Of a stretch of 64,000 nt of DNA, positions 49,014 to 57,600 are shown in pieces. Each line of letters begins with the position of its first letter. Within the stretch, counting starts at the first letter, position 1. The translations under genes were made by a program, and so were the position numbers. Source of the stretch: Candidatus Zixiibacteriota bacterium (GTDB taxonomy: Bacteria; Zixibacteria; MSB-5A5; GN15; FEB-12); contig JAOUBJ010000001.1 in NCBI GenBank assembly GCA_029860345.1, forward strand, positions 195,089-259,088, in the 5' to 3' direction. Under the pieces are notes generated by a model, which made no database searches, was not told where the DNA came from, and saw nothing but the letters and a program-made list of their open reading frames with translations.

Positions 49014-50210
49014 ATGCGTCTTTACGAATTCGAAGGCAAAGAGCTTTTCGAGAGATTCAGAATCCCAGTGGGCGAAAGGCACATCGCCCGGACACCCGAC
49101 GAAGTTTACGAAATCGTCAGCGACCTGAAGTACCCGGTGGTAATCAAATCCCAGGTACTCACCGGCGGACGCGGCAAAGCAGGCGGAATCAAAACCGCCG
49201 ACGGCGCCAACGAAGCGCGCACCAACGCCGAACAATGTTTCAACCTCACCATCAAGGACTTTCCGGTTGAGTTGGTACTCATCGAGCCCAGGCTTGATAT
49301 TACACAGGAATTTTACATCGGCGTCACGCTTGATCGGGCCAACTACAAAATCGTGGTCATAGCTTCCGGCGAAGGTGGGGTCGACATTGAAGAGACCGCC
49401 GCTACCCACCCCGAGAAAATCGTCAGGAAGTCGTTGAGCATCGAAGAAGAGCTCTTCACCTTTGATGCCCTTACTATAGCCAAGAAGATAGGTATCCCTG
49501 CATCCTTACTCAAAGAAGGGGCGGCGATAATTGTCGGCCTGTACAATCTGTTTCGCAGGTATGACGCCAAGTTGGTCGAGATCAACCCATTGGTTCTCAC
49601 CGCCGACGGCAAACTGATGGCTGCCGATGCGCGCGTATCGCTCGATGACGATGCTGTCTTCCGGCATCCCGATCTGGTCGATCTGGGTATCGAAAAACGT
49701 CACGAAGAGGGCGAGATGACGCCACGCGAACAGCAGGCTACCGAGTGGGGCATACCTTATCTCGATCTCGACGGCAATATCGGTATGTTCCCCGGCGGCG
49801 CCGGATTCGGCATCATGGGTAACGACTTCATACATTACTATGGCGGCCGTCCAGCCAACTTCATGGATTCAGGCGGCGGGCCCTCACCCGAACGAATCGC
49901 CAAGATGCTCGTGCTTCTGGATGAAAACCCAAACGTCAAGGTGATTTTCGGCGCTCGTTTCGGTGGCATTAGCCGCTGCGACGATTTCGCCAAAGGTGTC
50001 TTGATGTTTCTGAACGATCATGGCCTTTCCAAACCTATGGTGATGCGCATGACCGGAAACATGTGGCAGGAAGGTGTGCGCATCTTCGAGGAGGCCAAGC
50101 AAAAGAACCCCGAACTGTTTTCCAATGTTGAAGCGCATGGTATTGAGACACCGATCGAGGAAATATCAAAACGAGCCGTGGAACTGGCCAACCTGGAAGG
50201 GGGCAACTGA
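49014..50210 (+). CDS. sucC: Succinate--CoA ligase beta subunit-like (ATP-grasp)
   Basis: 398 aa. Collinear with E. coli SucC as I recall it: MRLYEFEGKELF, VIKSQVLTGGRGKAGGIK, EINPLV, LDGNIGMFPGGAGFGIMG, GGRPANFMDSGGG. It is diverged, so the substrate could differ. Confidence 0.75.
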   Translation: MRLYEFEGKELFERFRIPVGERHIARTPDEVYEIVSDLKYPVVIKSQVLTGGRGKAGGIKTADGANEARTNAEQCFNLTIKDFPVELVLIEPRLDITQEFYIGVTLDRANYKIVVIASGEGGVDIEETAATHPEKIVRKSLSIEEELFTFDALTIAKKIGIPASLLKEGAAIIVGLYNLFRRYDAKLVEINPLVLTADGKLMAADARVSLDDDAVFRHPDLVDLGIEKRHEEGEMTPREQQATEWGIPYLDLDGNIGMFPGGAGFGIMGNDFIHYYGGRPANFMDSGGGPSPERIAKMLVLLDENPNVKVIFGARFGGISRCDDFAKGVLMFLNDHGLSKPMVMRMTGNMWQEGVRIFEEAKQKNPELFSNVEAHGIETPIEEISKRAVELANLEGGN

Positions 50211-51076
50211 TGGCTATCCTGGTCGATAATAACAGCAAAGTAATGGTGCAGGGGATCACCGGCGGCGCCGGGAAGTTCCACACCGAGCGAATGCTCACCT
50301 ACGGCACCAATATCATTGGCGGCGCCACGCCGAGCAAAGGTGGCCAGGAAGTGCATGGCCTGCCGGTGTTCGATACGGTTGCAGAATGTGTCGATAATAC
50401 CGGCGCCGATGTATCGGTGATTTTCCTGCCGGCCCGGTTTGTCAAAGAGGCGGCAATCGAAGCGGTCCGGGCCGGGATCAAGTTCCTGGTCATTGTGCCG
50501 GAACATATCCCGATTCATGACATGTTGCACGTTCGCCGTGAAGCGGTCGCGCACGGCGCAACGATCATCGGCGGCAACACCGCGGGCATCATCTCCCCCG
50601 GTCAGGCCAACCTCGGTATCATGCCGGACATCGCGTTCAAACCCGGTCGGGTCGGCACCGTGTCTCGCTCCGGTTCGATAACGTACTACGTCGCCGACAC
50701 CCTCACCCAGTCGGGTTACGGTGAGACAACTTGCGTAGGTTTGGGTGGTGATCCGGTGTTGGGCTCGACCTTCGATGAGATTCTGCTCAAGTTCGAGGAG
50801 GACGATGCAACCAAGGCGGTCGTCATGTGCGGCGAAATCGGCGGCGTCTATGAAGAACGTGCTACCCAAGCGATCAAACAGATGAAAACGCCGGTACTGG
50901 CCATGATCGGCGGCGTCTACGCCCCGCCCGGCAAACGAATGGGTCATGCCGGCGCCATTGTCGAAGGCAAAATGGGAACGGCGCAGGACAAACTGGATGC
51001 TCTGGCCGAAGCCGGAGCACACCCGTGCAAGACCTTTACGGAGATACCCAAGACTCTGGCCAAGCTGGGAGTGTAG
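50210..51076 (+). CDS. sucD: Succinate--CoA ligase alpha subunit
   Basis: 288 aa. VMVQGITGGAGKFH, SRSGSITYY, CVGLGGDP, MGHAGAIV (phospho-His). Start overlaps the sucC stop. Confidence 0.85.
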   Translation: MAILVDNNSKVMVQGITGGAGKFHTERMLTYGTNIIGGATPSKGGQEVHGLPVFDTVAECVDNTGADVSVIFLPARFVKEAAIEAVRAGIKFLVIVPEHIPIHDMLHVRREAVAHGATIIGGNTAGIISPGQANLGIMPDIAFKPGRVGTVSRSGSITYYVADTLTQSGYGETTCVGLGGDPVLGSTFDEILLKFEEDDATKAVVMCGEIGGVYEERATQAIKQMKTPVLAMIGGVYAPPGKRMGHAGAIVEGKMGTAQDKLDALAEAGAHPCKTFTEIPKTLAKLGV

Positions 51077-51135
51077 TCTGGGCAAGGGAAGTGAGCCCTA
51101 TGGAACTTCAGCCCGAACGAAACGTTTAATACTCA

Positions 51136-51459
51136 ATGATCTATGTGCTTTCAAAACCGCGCCTGCTTCAGACTATCGCGGCCCTGGCAGTAGTCCTTTT
51201 TGTGGGGGCTCTTCTTTTGCTAACCGTTGCCGGGGCTCAACCGAATGACTGTAAAGACTGTGACGATGGGTGTGACGGGCACGGCGAGTCGGTCTGCAGT
51301 TGCATAGGTTGCGCTCCTGTTATGGCGGCCTGTCGGGTCTTACCGCCGGAACTCGGTCCTCCGCAAACCCACTGTTGCTTAGCCCCAATCTCTCCTCTTG
51401 AATTGCTCGAATCCGATTGGTTTGATCGTCTGGATCGGCCACCACAAACCCTTTCTTAG
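51136..51459 (+). CDS. Small Cys-rich membrane-anchored protein (hypothetical)
   Basis: 107 aa. One TM helix, then DCKDCDDGCDGHGESVCSCIGCAPVMAAC and HCC. Coding status rests on the ORF and its context with the downstream metal-binding gene only. Confidence 0.4.
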   Translation: MIYVLSKPRLLQTIAALAVVLFVGALLLLTVAGAQPNDCKDCDDGCDGHGESVCSCIGCAPVMAACRVLPPELGPPQTHCCLAPISPLELLESDWFDRLDRPPQTLS

Positions 51460-51603
51460 TTTTTACTTGCAAACGATCAGTGTTCTTGGCCAAATTCCTT
51501 GGGTCCATGTTTGGCGAAGGACGCGGTTCGGTCACTTGGTGTTGTGAACCAAATCGATCGCATAATTATGCAAATGAGAATTAACAGCAAAGGTACAGAA
51601 AAT

Positions 51604-51927
51604 ATGATCAATCGAATAACCCTTCTAACTCTTGTTCTTGCCTTGTCCACACTCGCAATCGCCTGCGGCGGTGGTAAGAACTTCAGCCTCACCGAGGAAC
51701 CGGGAACGGAGATTCGTATCTACGAAGTCTTCGGCATGGACTGTCCCGGCTGTCATGTCGGTGTTGAAAAACTGGTCAATCGGGTTGATGGTGTCGTGAC
51801 CTCCGTGGCCAACTGGACGAAGAAACAAATTGCCATCAAGGTGCGCTCGTCGGATAACGTTTCCGACGAGGCTATCTTCGACGCCATTAAAGAAGCCAAC
51901 TTTACCCCCGGAAAACGTCTCGACTGA
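51604..51927 (+). CDS. Heavy-metal-associated (HMA) domain lipoprotein
   Basis: Start at ATG 51604 (MINRITLLTLVLALSTLAIAC lipobox). GMDCPGCHVGVEK is the GMxCxxC HMA motif. Confidence 0.8.
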   Translation: MINRITLLTLVLALSTLAIACGGGKNFSLTEEPGTEIRIYEVFGMDCPGCHVGVEKLVNRVDGVVTSVANWTKKQIAIKVRSSDNVSDEAIFDAIKEANFTPGKRLD

Positions 51928-51941
51928 TTATGGGAGATAAC

Positions 51942-52790
51942 ATGCTTAAAAAGACACTTCTGATATTTGTGGCCCTGAGTCTATCCCTGGCTACTGTACC
52001 GGACTTGACGGCCGGAGGCATTAGTGCCGATGCCGGTCTCACACCGGCGCACGACAAGTGGATGTTTCGCACGCAAGCGCGCTTGAACAGATTGAAGAAC
52101 GCGCCCGACCAGATGACCCGCGAGATGGACATGTACATGTTCCCGCTGGTGATCGCCTACGGCGTCCGCTCGGATCTGACCGTGATGATCCGTCAGCCGC
52201 TTATGCGTATGAACATGACTATGGCCGGCAACACCACTCACACCACCGGGTTTGGCGACCTGATGCTTATGACCAAGTACCGCGCCGTCCGGCGCAACAC
52301 CCCGACCTATACCTTCGGCGTCGCACCACTGCTTGGCATCAAGCTCCCCACCGGCGAAGATGACATCTCCGCGAACGCAACTTCGCTCAAAACCGGGTTG
52401 TTCGTCTCGGGCCGCATTCAACCGTGGGCGTCCGAGTTGAATTTTACTTATACACTCAACGGTCTGACCGGCGACGACGACCGCGAGGAGTACCAGGTTC
52501 TCGAATTCGTGGGCGCTTTTGCTCGTCAGTTCAGTCTCACCGAGGACGGACGCAGAGCGATCGCGCCGGTGGTCGAGCTGTCGTATGAACATGCTACCGC
52601 CACAGAGATCGATAATGTTGAACAGCCTAACAGCGGTGGATCGTTGCTCCGGGTCGCACCGGGCGCGAAGTTAACAATCTCAGGGGTCGTCTTTGAGTCA
52701 CTGTTGTGGATTCCGGTCTGGGAAGATTTGAACGGCAACCAACTCGAGTACGACATCGGCGGCCTGATCGGCCTGCGCGTGATGCTGTAA
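51942..52790 (+). CDS. Outer-membrane beta-barrel protein (possibly the MetA-pathway/transporter-like family)
   Basis: Start at ATG 51942 with a GGGAGA RBS. Signal peptide, alternating beta-strand pattern, TGFGDLMLMTKY motif, aromatic-rich C-terminus. The specific family is a guess. Confidence 0.5.
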   Translation: MLKKTLLIFVALSLSLATVPDLTAGGISADAGLTPAHDKWMFRTQARLNRLKNAPDQMTREMDMYMFPLVIAYGVRSDLTVMIRQPLMRMNMTMAGNTTHTTGFGDLMLMTKYRAVRRNTPTYTFGVAPLLGIKLPTGEDDISANATSLKTGLFVSGRIQPWASELNFTYTLNGLTGDDDREEYQVLEFVGAFARQFSLTEDGRRAIAPVVELSYEHATATEIDNVEQPNSGGSLLRVAPGAKLTISGVVFESLLWIPVWEDLNGNQLEYDIGGLIGLRVML

Positions 52791-53112
52791 GGTGGCAAGC
52801 CACTCTTTCGCGCTTCGCGCGCCCGTACTGTCACCCACTGCTTGACCGTGTCACCCTGAGCGGAGTCGAAGGGTCCATCTTCTCTTGTAGGGCGGAACCC
52901 TCGTAGCGGTTCCGCCTTTCAGTCCCACAGCAAGCTGTGGGGCACCCCAACTCGAATACGACGTTGGCGGCTTGATCGGCCTGCGCGTGATGTCGGAACC
53001 ACAGGGGTTCCGACCTACTATTCGGACCTACTATTCGAACTTCGCCGGAATGACACAGTCAAGATGAGATTGCCGCGGCCTCGCGAAGCGCGCGGCCTCG
53101 CAATGACGGAGC
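52791..53112. repeat. Hairpin-module cluster that also contains a 45-nt copy of the upstream gene's 3' end
   Basis: M1 52794-52820; M4 52852-52874; M6 52887-52916. Gene-end copy at 52948-52992. gtcggaacc-acagg-ggttccgac at 52992-53014. Tandem 13-mer gacctactattcg x2 at 53012-53037. attgc...gcgaagcgc...gcaat hairpin at ~53068-53105. Confidence 0.8.
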
Positions 53113-53219
53113 GGTGAGTGAAACGCAAGATATCCATTCATGAGCACCCCACTTTATCCTTCCCTTGCCCGCCGTGGCATCGTATTATCTGAAAAAGCGA
53201 ATCCATACCCGGAGGTCCG

Positions 53220-54257
53220 ATGTTTAAGACACTAGTGTCATGCATGGTCACGATGATTCTGGCGGTAGTAGTAATCACACCCACATTTGCCCAACGCCCG
53301 GAACCGAAAAAAGAAGAAATCCGCGGGCATACCATGTATACCCTCATGGAACCGGGTGGCATACCGGCCATATTCGAGCCGGAATTTGTATCCATCGAAG
53401 TAGCCGACTCGTTTTATTACGATGATGAACCGTTGATCGCGGTGTCATCCGGCAGCGTCGCGCGAGGCTACAGCACCTGGCATCTGGACCATCACGAAAT
53501 CGTCAATGACATGCTTGAAGGAACGGCTATCGCCGTCACCTGGTGACCGCTTTGTTTTACAGGCATAGTTTATGCCTCTGAGATCGACGGACAGGTGTTC
53601 ACGTTTCAAGCTTCGGGATCGCTCTGGCAGGACGCCCTGGTTATGCACGACCGTGAGACCGAATCGCTCTGGCCGCAGCCGTGGGGCGAGTGTTTCAAGG
53701 GAGCTTCCGAGGGCAAGAAACTAACCGAGTACCCGGCCATTCATACAACTTACTCAGAGTTCAAAAAACTCTACCCGCACGGCCAACTATTGAAGAAGCC
53801 CGAAAGAGGCGAAGCTGGTTCACCATACTCAAGGTACTTCGCCGACCCGGAGAAGCTGGGTATGTTCGGCAGGCTCAACAATTACGAACAGATGCCCGGT
53901 AAAGACAAAGTGTTTGGAATCCGCAGCGGCGACCAGCAAGTGGCGGTGTCTCTGGCTCTCTTGAAAAGGAGGGGTTACACCTTGGTTACCGGTGTGGGCG
54001 ATCCGATGATAGTCACTTACGATTCGACATCCGAAACCGCCTCAGCTCTTGCATTTGAGGGCGACCAGAGAGCATCGGTCAAAGGTCTTAGAGTTTATAG
54101 CGACAGTATCATCGGACCCGGCGGCGTGACTGTTTGGCACCCTCGGACCGGCAAAGCCATCCGGGGTGAAGGCTCGGACCTGCCGGTTGTACCGACTATG
54201 AGCGCATACTGGTTTGCCTGGTTGAGTTTCTTCCCGGAGACTGAGCTGGTCGATTAG
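53220..54257 (+). CDS. DUF3179-family secreted protein with one in-frame TGA (53544-53546) at the first Cys of the conserved CPLC motif; candidate selenoprotein (otherwise a pseudogene)
   Basis: Track ORFs 53220..53546 and 53595..54257 are in the same frame, with no other stop between them. Joined product: ...GGIPAIFEPEFV...DDEPLIAV...ARGYSTWHLDHHEIVND...AIAVTW-[TGA]-PLCFTGIVY...FQASGSLWQDALVMHDRETESLWPQ...YWFAWLSFFPETELV. This matches my recollection of DUF3179 (VTYCPLCGT, SGKL..S.LVMYDR.T.SLWSQ, FWFAW..F.P.T.V). GGAGG RBS and a signal peptide are present. Confidence 0.7.
53554..53584 (+). promoter_or_regulatory. Candidate bacterial SECIS stem-loop downstream of the in-frame TGA
   Basis: The upper stem aggcata/tatgcct (53561-53567 / 53571-53577) encloses the loop GTT (53568-53570). 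A lower stem, guuuua with ugagau (53554-53559 / 53579-53584), forms using G-U pairs, separated from the upper stem by a C.C mismatch. The hairpin starts 8 nt after the UGA and its loop starts 21 nt after it. The G-U in the loop recalls the fdhF SECIS. Confidence 0.5.
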
Positions 54258-54344
54258 TGCCGGAACTTGCCAGTTGAGAACAACCCGATTTATCGGTGGT
54301 TTGCCTGGTTGAGTTTCTACCCGGAGACTGAGCTGGTGAATTAG
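54211..54344 (+). repeat. Direct duplication of the DUF3179 gene's last 47 nt, including the stop
   Basis: 54211-54257 ggtttgcctggttgagtttcttcccggagactgagctggtcgattag versus 54298-54344 ggtttgcctggttgagtttctacccggagactgagctggtgaattag. There are 3 mismatches and a 40-nt spacer. Confidence 0.85.
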
Positions 54345-54505
54345 TTGCTAGTCTCTTGTGGTGGCTGATTCTTCGGACTCGGCCACTACCCACGCGATCT
54401 GAAGATCACGCGGGCACAAGATACTCAATTAACAAAATAGGACATTTCTATCTTGCTAAAAACCGGACATTTCTGTTTTGCCTTGACATTGGGGCTATTT
54501 GGGGA

Positions 54506-54534
54506 TTGACTAAACGCTCTATTTTCGGTATATT
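54506..54534 (+). promoter_or_regulatory. Candidate sigma70-type promoter for the 1657-aa gene
   Basis: TTGACT 54506-54511, a 17-nt spacer, then TATATT 54529-54534. A second TTGACA sits at 54483-54488. It is ~140 nt upstream of ATG 54673. Confidence 0.35.
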
Positions 54535-54672
54535 CTCACTCGATAGGGTATTTGTCATTTCTTCAGCCGCGGTAGTGCAGGCTATCGGCAGGCTGTGCCC
54601 TCGGAGGTTCTGCGAACCTCTCGCTGAATCTCCATACCACGACGACGATATCAGGACACCGAGGAGTACAAC

Positions 54673-57600
54673 ATGTCTCACCGATTCTCCCTTACATTGC
54701 TCACTCTGTTGATTCTGCTCACCCTCACCGGTTGGACCTGGGCAGGCAACACGTCTAAAGATGGGCTGAACCCGATTCCAATCAGCAACCCGAACGCTCA
54801 ACTCTATAATGACATCGAAGACGCTCGTCCGGCACCGGCTACTTTTAAGAAGCCGATGACGGAAGGTCCTTTCGAGGTCCAGATGTCCGGCGTTGCTTCA
54901 AGTCCTCCGTCAGCCTACTTCTGTGAAGACTTAGGCTACTACGACGACACGGTTACATCCGTCTGGGTGTGGAGTATTCCGGATGCCTGGGGCGACGATC
55001 TCATGAATATGCGCTTTACCGTCGAAGAAGGTATTGAGTGTACTCTGAAGGTCGGTTGGGTCCTGATGTATGGTGGTTTTGCCACCGGTACACCGGATAT
55101 GCGGGTGTACCTATGGGACGACGACGGCTTCGGTTTCCCCGGCAACAAGCTGGACTCGACCGATGTACCTAATGCCGCCATGGGCGGATCCTTCTGGTGG
55201 GCCGAAGCCAACTGGTCGGCTGCCGATTGGGTCTTCACCAATGGTGAAGAATACCATATCGGCTGGACGACCCTGGGCGGCGACGGCGACACGTTGTGGT
55301 GCGTGTCCGATAAAGGTACCGGTCCCCACTCGTACACTGGTGAACAACGGGCCAGTGAAAACTGGAACGGCTTTTGGGGTACGATGTACGACGACTGGGG
55401 CGAGGATGTATGTTTCCTCATGACATCTGAGCGTTGTTGCTATGAGTTACCTTTTACCGATTGCTATTCTCAAAGCTGGGATGAGGGCACTGCCTACTGG
55501 TGGAAAGCTCCCCACGACGCTTATGGTATTATCGACTATGCACAGCGGTTTACTGTCACTGGGGTTGAAACCCTTCAGTCTGTAGATATCGATGTCTACG
55601 ACTTTACGGGTTCCTCCTCGCAGAACGCCGGTATCGTCGGTAATGACGACTTGATTATCAGTGTATGGGATGACAATGCCGGCTATCCCGGCTCGGTTAT
55701 TGCGCAAGAAACCGTCCCGGCGGGGACCTATGTGTACCATCCGGCCTATACTAACGTTGATTTCTCATCACACAATCTGGTGCTGGGTTCCGGGGACTTC
55801 TATGTCTCCTTCAACTCGACCGGTGATCTCGGTGCCGGCGACTTTGAGGGTACCTTGTCGGATGATGAAACGGATGGCCACGGTCGCTCATACTGTATCT
55901 ACGGTGGCGATTGGTGGACCATCGGTGATCTCTTCGGAATCGATGTCGACATGAAGTACACAGCAAATTTGTGTGATGACCCATTCTTCGAGTGTGAATT
56001 GGCTTTCTACGACACGGGTCCGGTCTATTACTGGACTTTGCCGGATGCTTACGGCGACGTCGCCAATGCCCAGTTGATCAAGTCTGTTGGGAAGGCGTGC
56101 GAAGTCAGAGAAGTCTCCTGGGCTCTTCATGATTTCAATCCGGGCGTGGCCTATGCTCACAACTCAGTGGTTTCAGTCCACGAGGACGTGGGTGGTCTGC
56201 CCGGACCGGCCCTGGCCTCGGTCACCCTAACTCCGGCTGATTATGTGATGTACCCCGGTTACACTTCGGTCGACTTCGCACCCTTGGCTGTCAGCGTTCA
56301 GGGACTATACTGGATTTCAATCGAATCCTTGTCACCGACCGAAGCCGAAGGTATTGCTACCCTGACCGATTTTGGCGGCGGCGGCTGGAACTATGGTGCC
56401 GCCGAACTCTGGAATGGTTTCTGGGGTCTGCTCTGTCTGGATTGGAACGGCGTGCCTTGTGATATTGCTTTCGTCGCCAAATCCTATCATTGCTGTCAAC
56501 CACACTGTTGCTGCCCCTGCCAAGGAGATCCGGGTTGGGCTACGCATCAGCACGATCAGCAGCGTACCGGCGCATCGTTCAATTCCTTTGGCGACGCCCA
56601 GTGTGACTTGACAACGCAATGGTGCTACACCCACCCGACCAACCAGATATTTTATACCGGTCCGGCTATTTCGGGCGACAAGGTTGTTTGCGCCTGGGAT
56701 AATGAAGTCAAGGTGTTTAACCTGACGACGGGCTTTGAAGCTTATACCCTGTCCGGTTTTCCGCTGGGCAACCAGATCAGATGTACGCCGCACATACAGG
56801 ATAGCGTGATGTATCTGACCGGCGGAGATCAGCAATCTGTTAGCGCTTGGGACTTCGCTACCGGCGCTATGATCTGGAGCCGTGATATTACCAGTGTCGG
56901 TGTCGGCGGCCTGTTTGGGCAGACCCGTTACGGTTCCTTTATAATTCTGGAACAGGGTAGCGGCGACGTATTGTACTTCGGTACGGATGACGGTGCTATC
57001 GTTGCTGTCGATGCAGCCACCGGCGCTCTGTACTCAGGCTGGACGGTGAACCCGGTGTATATCGCTCCCGGTGCTCCACTGAAATCCGGCTCGACCGACG
57101 GCTTACAGCTTTTCTACAACACCTATCCGGGTGGTGTGGAAGGTGATGTTTACGCCATCGACGCCGCTACCGGCGCTATCAACTGGCAGTTGTCAACATC
57201 CGGCGGCCTACAGGCTGCTGCGGTCTACCCGGAAGGGCCGCAGGGTGGTGAAGGTTTTGCCGCACCTAACGCGGTCAGTCTGGAAAATGGTCTTCTGTTT
57301 GTCAATTCAAGTATTGCCGCTCCGTATCATCCCGGGGATGGTGTCTTCTACGCCATCAACACTTCTGACGGTTCAGTAGCCTACGCGGTGCCTTCGCACC
57401 GTCCCAACACTGCCGGTACCGCCGCCGGTCCGGTAATCGACCGTGCACGTGTCTATCAGGCCGGTCAGTCCTGGTGGGCGACTCCCCCGTCAGGTGGTTT
57501 GATTCTTGCTTTCAACAAGACCACCGGCTCCTATGTGTGGGCGACCTCCAGCCCCGAGTATAACACATACCGCGGTGATATGGCTCTCACCTGCGGAAAA

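Noticed and set aside
50018-51085. 355-aa minus-strand ORF covering the whole of sucD
   Set aside because: The plus strand encodes a textbook SucD (GITGGAGKFH, SRSGS, MGHAGAIV). The minus-strand product is an Arg/Gly/Asp-rich mirror ORF, typical of GC-rich coding DNA.
53544-53546. Genome-wide TGA reassignment (code 4 or 25) as the explanation for the in-frame TGA
   Set aside because: TGA ends several well-delimited genes at positions consistent with full-length homologues, often with overlapping starts of the next gene (28668-28670, 30044-30046, 39380-39382, 36508-36510, 20930-20932). TGA is therefore a normal stop here.
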